Source: an uncultured Bacteroidota bacterium
GTDB taxonomy: Bacteria; Bacteroidota; Bacteroidia; Bacteroidales; SZUA-534
Length of the DNA: 64,000 nucleotides
NCBI GenBank assembly: GCA_946414435.1
Contig: CAMKOM010000003.1
Location: 68,086-132,085, forward strand
Direction: 5' to 3'
The notes under the pieces were generated by a model. The model saw only the letters and a program-made list of their open reading frames with translations, had not been told where the DNA came from and did no database searches. Shown piece after piece: positions 43,842-53,775 of the stretch; positions within the stretch are counted from its first letter, which is position 1; every line of letters begins with the position of its first letter. The translations under genes and the position numbers were made by a program.

Positions 43842-45728
43842 ATGTGCGGAATAGCAGGAATTTATGCGGTTACCCCCGAAGGGGCTGAAAAATTTCCGTT
43901 AGTGAACGATGCCGTGCGGCTATTGTCGCGGCGCGGCCCCGACTGCCAAAAAGTTTATACCGACAAGCGCATCTGTCTGGGACACGCGCGGCTGTCGGTC
44001 ATCGACTTGAGCGAAAAAGCCAATCAGCCGATGCACGATTCCACGGGGCGCTACACCATAGTATATAATGGCGAAGTGTTCAACTACAGGCGTCTGCGCG
44101 AAAAACTCATCGACAAAGGATACAAGTTTTCATCTGAAAGTGACGCTGAAGTTGTTTTGTACCAATACATTAACGACGGCCCGAAATGCCTTGACAAGTT
44201 TGTGGGCTTTTTTGCCTTCGCCATCTACGACAAGGTTGACGACGTGCTTTTCATTGCCCGCGACCGCATGGGGCAGAAACCGCTGCTCTACTGGCAGGGC
44301 CACGACCGCATTGTGTTTGCGTCGGAAATGAAGGCAATGATGGCGCTCGGCGTGCCACGAAAACTTGACATGACTTCGCTTTTCGCCTATCTGCAGTTCA
44401 ATTATATCCCGTCGCCCGACACCATTTTTGAGAACGTGAAAAAACTCAATCCTGGGCATTACCTGATGGTGAGCAACGGACAGACGAAGGAAGTCAGATA
44501 TTACTCAATACCATACAATTACAGTAATCTGGAAGTGATGGATTACGAGCACGCGCAGCGGATGTTGCGCGAACTCATTGAGCAGTCGGTGGCAGAGCGT
44601 CTGGCGGCCGATGTGCCTGTCGGTGCGTTTTTGAGCGGTGGCATCGACTCATCGGTGATTGTGGCCGAAGCATCGAAGCACGTTGATCAACTCGACACAT
44701 TCTCAATTGGTTATGCCGATGAGCCGTTCTTCGACGAGACTCGCTACGCGCAACTGGTGGCCGACAAGTTCCACACCAACCATCACGTTTTCAAACTCAC
44801 CAATAACGACCTTTTCGAGTGCCTTTACAATGTTCTCGACTACCTTGATGAGCCGTTCGCAGACTCATCGGCCATTGCCGTCAACATTTTGAGCCGCGAG
44901 ACGCGCAAGCACGTAACGGTGGCGCTTTCGGGCGATGGCGCCGACGAAGTTTTTGGCGGCTACAACAAGCATCTGGCGCATTACAGAGCGCTCAAGGGCG
45001 GTCTTGCAAACACGCTTGTCAGGATGGCAGGCCCGCTTTACGAGTTGTTGCCGCAATCGCGCAACACAAAGTTCAGCAACAAGATACGCCAACTGAACAG
45101 ATTCGCCAAAGGTCTGAAACTCAACGAGCAGGACCGCTACATGGCGTGGGCGTCGCTGATGGACGAAGACACCGCATCGCGAATGCTAAACCGAAAAGTG
45201 TTGATTCAGAACAATAATCGCCGCAAGTTCAACATTATCAGTTGTATACGCGACGACAAACAGATTGGCGACATTCTGTACGCCGATATGCAACTGGTGC
45301 TGGTGAGCGATATGCTTTTCAAGGTTGACATGATGAGTATGGCCGAGAGTCTCGAAGTGCGCAGTCCGTTCCTTGACCATCGATTGGTAAATTTTGCATT
45401 CTCGCTACCTTGCAACTATTTGGTAAACAGTCGAAAACGCAAAATGATTCTGCAGGACGCATATCGTCAGCAACTGCCATACGAACTCTACAACCGTCCG
45501 AAACACGGATTCGAAGTGCCGCTGCTCAACTGGTTCCGCGGCGAGTTGCGCTCAACCATCGAGACTGATTATCTGAACGATGACTTCATCCGTGAGCAGA
45601 ATATTTTCAACCCCGAAATGGTGCGGCAACTCAAGGAACAGATGCTTTCGAAAAGCCCTGCCGACTCGCAGGCACACATCTGGGCGCTCATCGTCTTTCA
45701 GCATTGGTGGAAGAAATATATGCTTTAG
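43842..45728 (+). CDS. Asparagine synthase (glutamine-hydrolysing) family amidotransferase
   Basis: The N-terminal nucleophile is MCGIAG and the PP-loop is SGGIDSS. It sits at the head of a polysaccharide locus. Confidence 0.9.
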   Translation: MCGIAGIYAVTPEGAEKFPLVNDAVRLLSRRGPDCQKVYTDKRICLGHARLSVIDLSEKANQPMHDSTGRYTIVYNGEVFNYRRLREKLIDKGYKFSSESDAEVVLYQYINDGPKCLDKFVGFFAFAIYDKVDDVLFIARDRMGQKPLLYWQGHDRIVFASEMKAMMALGVPRKLDMTSLFAYLQFNYIPSPDTIFENVKKLNPGHYLMVSNGQTKEVRYYSIPYNYSNLEVMDYEHAQRMLRELIEQSVAERLAADVPVGAFLSGGIDSSVIVAEASKHVDQLDTFSIGYADEPFFDETRYAQLVADKFHTNHHVFKLTNNDLFECLYNVLDYLDEPFADSSAIAVNILSRETRKHVTVALSGDGADEVFGGYNKHLAHYRALKGGLANTLVRMAGPLYELLPQSRNTKFSNKIRQLNRFAKGLKLNEQDRYMAWASLMDEDTASRMLNRKVLIQNNNRRKFNIISCIRDDKQIGDILYADMQLVLVSDMLFKVDMMSMAESLEVRSPFLDHRLVNFAFSLPCNYLVNSRKRKMILQDAYRQQLPYELYNRPKHGFEVPLLNWFRGELRSTIETDYLNDDFIREQNIFNPEMVRQLKEQMLSKSPADSQAHIWALIVFQHWWKKYML

Positions 45729-45833
45729 TCCATTTTTGGTGGTTTGCCATAAAATAAAAGTCCGCGGCAGACGCAAAAAATGCAGTTTTTTAGCAAATTG
45801 CGAAGCATTTGCACGAAAAACGGGGGGAAGATT

Positions 45834-47081
45834 ATGCCGCGTATTTTGAGAATAATAAACAGGTTTAATTTGGGTGGACCGACATACAATGCGGCATATC
45901 TATCGCGCTATATGCCAAGCAATTACGAGACACTACTCGTGGGCGGCATCAAAGAAGACGACGAAGAAAGTTCGGAATACATTGTGCGGGGGCTGGGCAT
46001 TGAGCCGATTGTGATTCCCGAAATGCGCCGCCAACTGAACGCACAAAACGATTTGGCGGCCTATCGCAAAATAACGGAACTGATTCACGACTTCAAACCC
46101 GACATTGTGCACACGCACGCGTCGAAGGCGGGAACAGTCGGGCGTTTGGCGGCCATCCGCAGCCACGTGCCCGTCATTGTCCACACCTTTCACGGACACG
46201 TTTTTCACTCGTATTTCGGCAAGAAACAGACGAAAATGTTCCTGAACATTGAACGCGGGCTGGCCGAACACACGTCGCGCATCATCGCCATCAGTCAAAA
46301 GCAGAAAGATGAGTTATGCGACACCTTCAAAATAGCACCGTCAGACAAGTTCAGCATTATTCCACTTGGTTTTGATTTACAGCGGTTTACCGAAGATAAG
46401 GAACAGCGCCGACGCAAGTTCCGCTCAACATTCAATCTGGCCGACGACGAAGTGGCCATCGGCATTGTGGGGCGACTGGCGCCTGTCAAAAACCACAAAC
46501 TTTTCATTAATGCCATCGCGAAAGCGAAACAGCAGACAACGTGCAAGTTACGTGCATTCATCATTGGCGATGGCGAGTTAAAGGCCGACCTGATGGCGCA
46601 GTGCGCCGAACTTGGATTGAGCACGGCCACAACTGACGGTTACGAGTCTGCCACGGTGGCCGATGTCACCTTCACGTCATGGATTCGGAACGTTGAAGTG
46701 GTCTATCCTGGACTCGACGTGGTGGCAATGACATCGCTCAACGAAGGCACGCCCGTGAGCCTGATTGAAGCGCAGGCGGCCAACGTGCCGATTGTCACCA
46801 CTAATGTTGGCGGAATTGAAAATATTGTAATACAGAACGATACAGCCGTGCTCGCGGCCAACGGCGATGCCGATGATTTTGTCGAAAAACTGCTGCCCGT
46901 GGTCGAAAGCGCCGAAATGCGCCAACGAATGTCGGCCAACGGATGGACTTACGTGAAAGACAAATTCCACTACACGCGGCTTGTGGCCGATGTGGACAGG
47001 CTATATCAGGAACTGCTTGCCGACGCCGAAAAACAAAGCAAGCGGCAAAGGCATTTTTTTATAAATTCGCAACCTGAATGA
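45834..47081 (+). CDS. GT4-family glycosyltransferase
   Basis: The ATG at 45834 gives MPRILRIINRFNLGGP. The C-terminal motif is EGTPVSLIEAQAANVPIVTTNVGG. An alternative ATG is at 45780. Confidence 0.85.
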   Translation: MPRILRIINRFNLGGPTYNAAYLSRYMPSNYETLLVGGIKEDDEESSEYIVRGLGIEPIVIPEMRRQLNAQNDLAAYRKITELIHDFKPDIVHTHASKAGTVGRLAAIRSHVPVIVHTFHGHVFHSYFGKKQTKMFLNIERGLAEHTSRIIAISQKQKDELCDTFKIAPSDKFSIIPLGFDLQRFTEDKEQRRRKFRSTFNLADDEVAIGIVGRLAPVKNHKLFINAIAKAKQQTTCKLRAFIIGDGELKADLMAQCAELGLSTATTDGYESATVADVTFTSWIRNVEVVYPGLDVVAMTSLNEGTPVSLIEAQAANVPIVTTNVGGIENIVIQNDTAVLAANGDADDFVEKLLPVVESAEMRQRMSANGWTYVKDKFHYTRLVADVDRLYQELLADAEKQSKRQRHFFINSQPE

Positions 47082-47842
47082 AACGTTTAAAATCAATATC
47101 GCTAATTGTTGCCGCGCTTTGCGGATTGAACCTGATGCAAAGTTGCAAAGTATTGTATCCCAATCAGATGCTTAAAACCGATTCGGGCTACAATTTCGAC
47201 GATGTTGAAGAGAACCAACCCGAATACGTCATCAATCTTTACGACAAACTCGATGTGCGCGTCTACACTAACAATGGCGTGCAACTAATTAATACAGAAC
47301 AAGGTGGCGGGGCTGTTCAGCAGCATACAAACACTGTGGGCTATCTGGTCGACAGCGACAGCACTGTGAAACTGCCAACCATCGGACGCGTGAAAGTGGC
47401 GGGAATGACCGTCACTGCCGCCGAAACGCTGCTTGAAGGAATGTACAAGCAGTATTATCAGGAACCATTTGTAAAAGTGAACGTTACCAACCGCCGCGTG
47501 ATAATTTTCCGTTCAGGAAGCAGCAGCGGCAGCGTGCTCAACATCAACAACGAAAAGTTCACCCTGATTGAAGCACTGGCACAGGCTGGCGGCATCGACG
47601 ACTTGGGCAAAGCCTACAGAATCAAGGTTTTGCGTGGCAATCTGAAGAACCCGAAAGTCTTTCTCTACGACATTTCGAGCATCGAAGACGTAAAAAAATC
47701 GAACCTTGTACTGCAATCGAACGACATAATCTACGTTGAAAGGCGTCCGCGATACGTCAACCGCACCCTTTCCGAAATAATGCCATACGTGTCGATATTC
47801 AATACGGCGATACTTATCTATCTGACAGCAAAGAATTTATAA
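47078..47842 (+). CDS. Polysaccharide export protein (Wza-like: Poly_export + SLBB)
   Basis: The lipobox is NLMQSC. The sequences DKLDVRVY...GYLVDSDSTVKLPTIGRVKVAGMT are present. There is a 4-nt overlap with the upstream gene. Confidence 0.8.
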   Translation: MKRLKSISLIVAALCGLNLMQSCKVLYPNQMLKTDSGYNFDDVEENQPEYVINLYDKLDVRVYTNNGVQLINTEQGGGAVQQHTNTVGYLVDSDSTVKLPTIGRVKVAGMTVTAAETLLEGMYKQYYQEPFVKVNVTNRRVIIFRSGSSSGSVLNINNEKFTLIEALAQAGGIDDLGKAYRIKVLRGNLKNPKVFLYDISSIEDVKKSNLVLQSNDIIYVERRPRYVNRTLSEIMPYVSIFNTAILIYLTAKNL

Positions 47843-47845
47843 TAA

Positions 47846-50230
47846 ATGAAACAAACACGCATACCGCTGATTAACGACAATTTCGACTTGTCAATCTTTC
47901 TGCAGATTCTGCGCAAAGGCTGGTGGGTGTGCGCTGCGATGCTTCTGCTGTCGGGCACGGCCGCATTCTTGTATATGCGCTACACAGCGCCGCTATACGA
48001 GTCGTCGTGCGTGATTCAAATCAACGAAGAAGACCGCAACGCAAGTATGCTCAACTTCTCGAATCAGTACAACAAAACCGACCTGTCGAAAGTGCTTGAG
48101 TTGATGCGCTCGAAAGAGTTTCTGAAAAAGGCTCTGAGCGAGTTGCCGCTTGAGATTTCGTACTTCAACGAAGGCACATTCATGTCGTTTGAGATGTACC
48201 CCGACACGCCTTTCAAAATTGAACTGGCATCGCATAATGGCGACCTTTACAACAAGCCGTTTTATGTTGATTTCGTTGATTCGCTGTCAGCAAAAATCAC
48301 TTTTAAAAACGCAAGAAATGCTGGTTCACAAACAATTAAACTCGATGAGTGGGAACAAGTGGGCAACACCATGCTCAAGTGCTCGGTGAACAACCGAAAG
48401 GCCATCGACGAGCACGCATCGCGCCTTGGCGAACGCTATTTTGTGATTATCAACAACCCGAACAACATCATCAGCGAGCATAGCCGCAACCTTGACATCA
48501 CGCTGCTCAACTCGGCCGCGCAGACCATCAAGATTACCTACGCAAGCCACAACGCCAACAAAACCTGGCACATTGTGAACACCATTGCTGAAGAGTATCT
48601 GAAATACGATGTTCGGAACAAGCGCGAGAGTTCGGCTAACATTCTGGCTTTCATCGACGAGCAACTGAAGTCGATTTACAGCAGCCTTGACGAGACCGAA
48701 AAGCAGATTCAGTCGTTCAAAAAAGAGAACAAGATTAAGTCGCAAAACGGCCCCGCAGTGAGCGCATCGACACAGAAAATTGAGAGCCTTGAAGAAAAAG
48801 TCAGTGAGATTGACTACGAACTGCTTGCTATTGAGCAAATTAAGGCAAAACTTGAAGCGGGCGGCGACATCAACACCTACGAGATGCAGGCGGCGCTGGC
48901 TGGAACCAAAGCCGCACAGACAATGGGCAACATCCTGGCCAATCTGCAACGCATAATCGACGAACGTCAGCAACTGCTTAACAGCCTGACAATCGACAAC
49001 ATAAAGGTGAAACAAGTTGAGAAGCAACTCGACAATCAGATTACGCTCACCATCGATTTTGTGAGTACCATTCTCACCCGTATGCGCGAGCAACGCGCTG
49101 AATATCAAGTGCAAATCAGCGAACTTGAAAAATGGCTGTTCAACGAGAAAAACTACGACGAACTTGAATACGCACGTCTGCAACGGATGTACGATGTGAA
49201 TAAGACCTACTATAACCAACTGATTGACAAGAAGGCAGAGTATCTGATTTCGCAGGCGGGCTACATCTCGCGCAACACCATTCTTGAATCGGCCACAATG
49301 CCTGTTGAGCCTATATCGCCCAAAGCGGGCAGCATCTATCCCGTATTCATTCTGCTTGGGTTGATTATTGGTTGCATCTACTTGATTATCCGCTATTTAG
49401 TATACAATGAAATTACATCGGCGAGCATGGTGCAAAACTACACCAAGGCACCGATTCTGGGTGTGATTCCGCAATATGAAAGCCCCGTTGAAGTGTCGCA
49501 ACTGCTGGTGATGAAAGACCCGCATTCGCCTTTCTCTGAAGCATTTAGGTCGATACGGTCGAATCTGCAATTCATTTCGCACGGCGCCGAAGCCAACATC
49601 TTGACCGTGTCGTCGACCATCTCGGGCGAAGGCAAGACGTTTGTGGCCATCAACCTTGCGGGCATCATCGCCACATCGGGCAAAAAGGTGGTTCTGCTCG
49701 ACCTTGACTTGCGCCGCCCGCGCATCCATCAGGGTTTCAAAGTTGAGAACCTATGCGGCATCAGCACCATTCTGATTGGCCGAAACAAGATTGAAGATTG
49801 CATCCATCACACTGAAATTGAGAACTTTGATTTCATTACGGCTGGACCGATTCCGCCCAATCCGTCGGAGCTGGCGGGTAGCAAAGAGATGGACAATCTG
49901 GTTGACGAACTTCAGAAAAAGTACGACATCATCATCATCGATACACCGCCTGTGGGCATTGTGTCGGACGCTGTAGTTAGTTTGCACAGAGCCACTTACC
50001 CGATTTATGTGATGAAAGTGGGCGTGTCGAAACGGCAGTTTATTGAGAACGTGAACCTGCTGCGCACCGAAAAAGGAATGGAATATCTGTCGATAATTCT
50101 GAACGGCGCCAACATAAAAACGCATTCCTACAACGGTTACGGATACGGCTATGGTTACGGATACGGCTATGGCTACGGCGAGACAAAAAAGAAAACTCGG
50201 CACTTGTTCGGTGCCAAAAAATCGGTTTAG
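47846..50230 (+). CDS. Chain-length determinant / BY-kinase fusion (Wzc-like)
   Basis: It has a Wzz-like N-terminus with a long coiled coil. Walker A is SGEGKTFVAINLA and Walker B is IIIIDTPP. The C-terminal Tyr cluster is YNGYGYGYGYGYGYGYG. Confidence 0.9.
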   Translation: MKQTRIPLINDNFDLSIFLQILRKGWWVCAAMLLLSGTAAFLYMRYTAPLYESSCVIQINEEDRNASMLNFSNQYNKTDLSKVLELMRSKEFLKKALSELPLEISYFNEGTFMSFEMYPDTPFKIELASHNGDLYNKPFYVDFVDSLSAKITFKNARNAGSQTIKLDEWEQVGNTMLKCSVNNRKAIDEHASRLGERYFVIINNPNNIISEHSRNLDITLLNSAAQTIKITYASHNANKTWHIVNTIAEEYLKYDVRNKRESSANILAFIDEQLKSIYSSLDETEKQIQSFKKENKIKSQNGPAVSASTQKIESLEEKVSEIDYELLAIEQIKAKLEAGGDINTYEMQAALAGTKAAQTMGNILANLQRIIDERQQLLNSLTIDNIKVKQVEKQLDNQITLTIDFVSTILTRMREQRAEYQVQISELEKWLFNEKNYDELEYARLQRMYDVNKTYYNQLIDKKAEYLISQAGYISRNTILESATMPVEPISPKAGSIYPVFILLGLIIGCIYLIIRYLVYNEITSASMVQNYTKAPILGVIPQYESPVEVSQLLVMKDPHSPFSEAFRSIRSNLQFISHGAEANILTVSSTISGEGKTFVAINLAGIIATSGKKVVLLDLDLRRPRIHQGFKVENLCGISTILIGRNKIEDCIHHTEIENFDFITAGPIPPNPSELAGSKEMDNLVDELQKKYDIIIIDTPPVGIVSDAVVSLHRATYPIYVMKVGVSKRQFIENVNLLRTEKGMEYLSIILNGANIKTHSYNGYGYGYGYGYGYGYGETKKKTRHLFGAKKSV

Positions 50231-50236
50231 CGGACT

Positions 50237-51295
50237 ATGACTTTGTATTTTATCATATTTTTTCTGTCGGTTTTTTGTTTGACAATGGGCGTGCACGCTT
50301 TTTTCTTGTCGCGTTCGCAACGTCAAAACATTAAGAAACACAACATTACGGGCGAGCGATGGGCGTCGCAGCGCAAACCGATGCTTGGCGGCGTCGGTTT
50401 TTTTGCGGGCTTTGCGATAGGTGTCCTGGGATGGATTAGCTTTGGCTCTCGTTCGGCGCAAACGGTTGACGGGCAACTGGTTGCTGGTATTTTGGCGGCT
50501 GTCAGCCTGGCGTTTGTGATGGGGCTGATTGACGATGTTTTCAACACTTCGCCAATGTTCAAGTTTGCGATGCAGTTTGCCGTGGGCGCGATTTTGATTG
50601 TGTGCGGAATCTATATTCAGATATTTGATAATCAGTGGCTTAATTATGTGTTGACGCTGTTTTGGATTGTCGGCATAATGAACTCGCTCAATATGCTCGA
50701 CAATATGGATTCCGTCACCAACACAATGTGCGTGATTGTGCTTGCGGGCATTCTGGTGATGCTTCTTTCGCCTGTGCGCGATATGTTTTTTGTTCTGCTG
50801 ATTTTGTCCACACTTGCTTCAATGATAGCCTTTTACAAGTTTAACTGGCATCCGTCGAAAATGTATATGGGCGACAACGGCTCGCAGTTTTTGGGCGCGT
50901 TTATGGCCATTATGAGCATCCGCTACCTGTGGAATCCTGCGGCAGCCGAACTGTCGAACCCCGTTTATCCGTTTCTGATTGTCTATCTGGCATTTCTGGT
51001 GCCCATCACCGATACCGCCACCGTCACCATCAACCGCCTGATGCGCGGTCAGTCGCCGTTTGTTGGCGGCACCGACCATACCACGCATCACCTGTCGTAC
51101 CGCGGCTTGAGCGACCGTCAGGTGGTTTGCCTGCTGGGCGCCATCAACATTGTTTCGGCGTCGGTGGCAGTGTGGTTCCTGCTGATGCCGCCAAAACAAG
51201 CGTGGCCGCTGTGGTTGGCAGGCTGCGCCGCAGTTGTGGTGTCGGGGTTGCTTTATGCCAACACAAAGGTTACCAAACCCAAACAGAAAAAATAA
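50237..51295 (+). CDS. MraY/WecA-family polyprenyl-phosphate sugar-1-phosphate transferase
   Basis: The motifs GLIDDVF, NSLNMLDNMD and MGDNGSQFLG are present, with multiple TM segments. Confidence 0.9.
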   Translation: MTLYFIIFFLSVFCLTMGVHAFFLSRSQRQNIKKHNITGERWASQRKPMLGGVGFFAGFAIGVLGWISFGSRSAQTVDGQLVAGILAAVSLAFVMGLIDDVFNTSPMFKFAMQFAVGAILIVCGIYIQIFDNQWLNYVLTLFWIVGIMNSLNMLDNMDSVTNTMCVIVLAGILVMLLSPVRDMFFVLLILSTLASMIAFYKFNWHPSKMYMGDNGSQFLGAFMAIMSIRYLWNPAAAELSNPVYPFLIVYLAFLVPITDTATVTINRLMRGQSPFVGGTDHTTHHLSYRGLSDRQVVCLLGAINIVSASVAVWFLLMPPKQAWPLWLAGCAAVVVSGLLYANTKVTKPKQKK

Positions 51296-51296
51296 T

Positions 51297-51321
51297 GTAG
51301 GGACGCGATTCATCGCGTCCG
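51297..51321 (+). repeat. H1-family hairpin GTAGGGACGCGATTCATCGCGTCCG directly after the stop codon
   Basis: The stem is GGACGCGAT/ATCGCGTCC. It has the same GTAGGGACG...CGTCCG frame as 42143-42167. Confidence 0.8.
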
Positions 51322-51340
51322 TTCGTGCAATTCGCAAATT

Positions 51341-52297
51341 ATGAAAAATCAGATAATTACGATTATAGTTTCAGCATTGGTTTCGGCCGCCGTGGCGTTT
51401 GCCGTGGTGCGGTTTTTCAATACGCCCAACGAGTTCACCGTCAGTCAGGTTACCGACGCAGTGCCAATGCCTGACAATCTGACTTTTATGGGCGAGACGG
51501 TGCCAATCCACAACTTCGACACTCGCGAGAGTCTTGACCGCGAGTTGCAGGTGAACCGCCTGTGGCACTCGCAAACCATTCTGATGCTCAAGCGCGCTCA
51601 CCGCTATTTTCCTGTCATTGAGCCAATTCTGAAAGAAAACGATGTGCCCGACGACCTGAAGTACATTGCCGTTATTGAGAGTTCGCTGATGAACGTGGTG
51701 TCGCCGTCGGGCGCCAAAGGATTCTGGCAGTTTCTGGGCGGTACGGCAAAAGATTTCGGCCTTGAAGTGAACGACGAAGTGGACGAACGCTACAATCTTG
51801 AAAAATCGACCATCGCCGCAATCGCGTACTTCAAGCGGATGAAAGAAAAGTTCGGCTCGTGGACAATGGCCGCGGCGTCGTACAACATCGGTGGCAACGG
51901 CCTGGCCAAATTCGCGGGGCAGCAGAAGAGCAACAACTACTACGACCTTGTGCTTGGCGAAGAAGCGGGGCGCTACGTTTTTCGCGCCATCGCCATCAAA
52001 CAGATAATGGAAAATCCTGAAACATACGGATTTGCAATGCCCAAAGACGAACTCTATCAGCCGATTCCCTACTCGGTTGTGGAAGTTGACAGCACCATTG
52101 CCGATATGGCCGACTTCGCCTTTGAGCACGGCACTAACTACAAGATGCTCAAACTGATGAACCCCTGGCTTCGCAGCACAAAACTCACCAATCCGAAGCG
52201 CAAAACGTACTCGATAAAAATCATCGACCCGAAGTATCGGATTGTTGAAACTGACACGTCGCTGTTCGTCTTGCCGCAAGACATCGAACTGAATTAG
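51341..52297 (+). CDS. Lytic transglycosylase (SLT domain) protein
   Basis: An N-terminal TM anchor is present. The catalytic region is YIAVIESSLMNVVSPSGAKGFWQF...AASYNIG. Confidence 0.85.
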   Translation: MKNQIITIIVSALVSAAVAFAVVRFFNTPNEFTVSQVTDAVPMPDNLTFMGETVPIHNFDTRESLDRELQVNRLWHSQTILMLKRAHRYFPVIEPILKENDVPDDLKYIAVIESSLMNVVSPSGAKGFWQFLGGTAKDFGLEVNDEVDERYNLEKSTIAAIAYFKRMKEKFGSWTMAAASYNIGGNGLAKFAGQQKSNNYYDLVLGEEAGRYVFRAIAIKQIMENPETYGFAMPKDELYQPIPYSVVEVDSTIADMADFAFEHGTNYKMLKLMNPWLRSTKLTNPKRKTYSIKIIDPKYRIVETDTSLFVLPQDIELN

Positions 52298-52553
52298 CCC
52301 CGATTTGGCGCCCGCCGCCGCCGAACAATGCCCCAATTCATCGAAAAAAATCATCGCCACGCGCTATAAACGATTGATTTTTTGACTAATATCGCCAATC
52401 GATTTTCTAATCGAAAAAACAGCGCTTATTGATAAATAGTAAAAAATACAATTTATATTTGAGTGGCTGATTTTCGGTTACGAGAGTCGGATTAAAAAAA
52501 AACAAACGTTTGCTTTGGCAGACACAATTACTACTAAACTAAATACTTTTAAA

Positions 52554-53735
52554 ATGAAAAAGGTTTTATTTGCATTGAGTGCCTTGGCTATGGTTGCCTG
52601 CACTTCGAAACAGCAATGCCAACTTCCGCTTGCCGACAAGGCGAATTTCGCGAAAGAAGTTGACGGAAAACAAGTTAGTTTGTTCACCATTAAGAACGAT
52701 GCTGGCGTGACAGCACAAATCACCAACTACGGCGGACGTATTGTCAATCTTTTCGTTCCCGACAAAAACGGTGCTTTTCAGGATGTTGTGATGGGTTTCG
52801 ACAACCTTGACCAATATCAGTCATCGAATGACGGCCTTTACTTTGGCGCGCTCATCGGCCGCTACGGCAACCGCATCGGTGGCGCATCGTTCAAGATTGG
52901 CGAAGAAACTTTCAATGTTGACGCCAACGAACGCCGCAACTCGCTGCACGGTGGCAAGAAAGGTTATTTTGCAGTGGTTTGGGACGGCAAACAACTCAAC
53001 GACAGCACTTTGGAACTGTCTTACCTGTCGGCTGACGGCGAAGCAGGATTCCCTGGAAACCTGAACGTTAAGGTTGTCTACACCATCACCAAATGCAACG
53101 CCATCAAGATTGAGTACTTTGCAGAGACTGACAAACCGACTGTTTGCAACCTTACAAACCACTCATTCTTCAACCTTTCGGGCGACGCTTCGACAACAAT
53201 CAACGACCACGTGCTGATGATTAACGCCGACAGCTACACTCCGGTTGACTTCTTCTTGATTCCGACTGGTGAAATCGCATCGCTTGACAACACACCGCTC
53301 GACTTTCGCACACCGACTGCCGTTGGTGCCCGCATCGACAGTGTTCGTGGCGGTTACGACCACAACTACGTTCTTAACGACTATGCAAAATGCTGCAAGA
53401 GCGGTTTGACACTTGCTGCCACAGTTACAAGCCCTGTTTCTGGCATCACAATGAAGGTGCTGACCAACGAGCCGGGTCTGCAATTCTATGCAGGTAACTT
53501 CATCTCTGGCAAGGAAACTGGCAAATACGGCAAACTCTATCCGCGCCGCGGCGCTCTCTGCCTTGAGACTCAACACTTCCCCGACAGCCCGAACAAAGAG
53601 AACTTCCCGTCGGTTGTGCTGAATCCTGGTGAGAAATACTACAGCGTCTGCGTTTACGCCTTCTGCAACAAAGAGTGCTGCGAGAAAGACGGCAACAAAG
53701 AATGCTGCGAGAAAGAAAATTGCGAGAATAAGTAA
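52554..53735 (+). CDS. galM: Aldose 1-epimerase (galactose mutarotase) lipoprotein with a Cys-rich C-terminal tail
   Basis: The ATG at 52554 gives MKKVLFALSALAMVACTS. The motifs FGALIGRYGNRI, NSLHGG and LETQHFPDSPN are present. The tail is CNKECCEKDGNKECCEKENCENK. Confidence 0.9.
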   Translation: MKKVLFALSALAMVACTSKQQCQLPLADKANFAKEVDGKQVSLFTIKNDAGVTAQITNYGGRIVNLFVPDKNGAFQDVVMGFDNLDQYQSSNDGLYFGALIGRYGNRIGGASFKIGEETFNVDANERRNSLHGGKKGYFAVVWDGKQLNDSTLELSYLSADGEAGFPGNLNVKVVYTITKCNAIKIEYFAETDKPTVCNLTNHSFFNLSGDASTTINDHVLMINADSYTPVDFFLIPTGEIASLDNTPLDFRTPTAVGARIDSVRGGYDHNYVLNDYAKCCKSGLTLAATVTSPVSGITMKVLTNEPGLQFYAGNFISGKETGKYGKLYPRRGALCLETQHFPDSPNKENFPSVVLNPGEKYYSVCVYAFCNKECCEKDGNKECCEKENCENK

Positions 53736-53775
53736 ATCAACAATTTACAATACGTAATAATCAAAACAATTTTTT

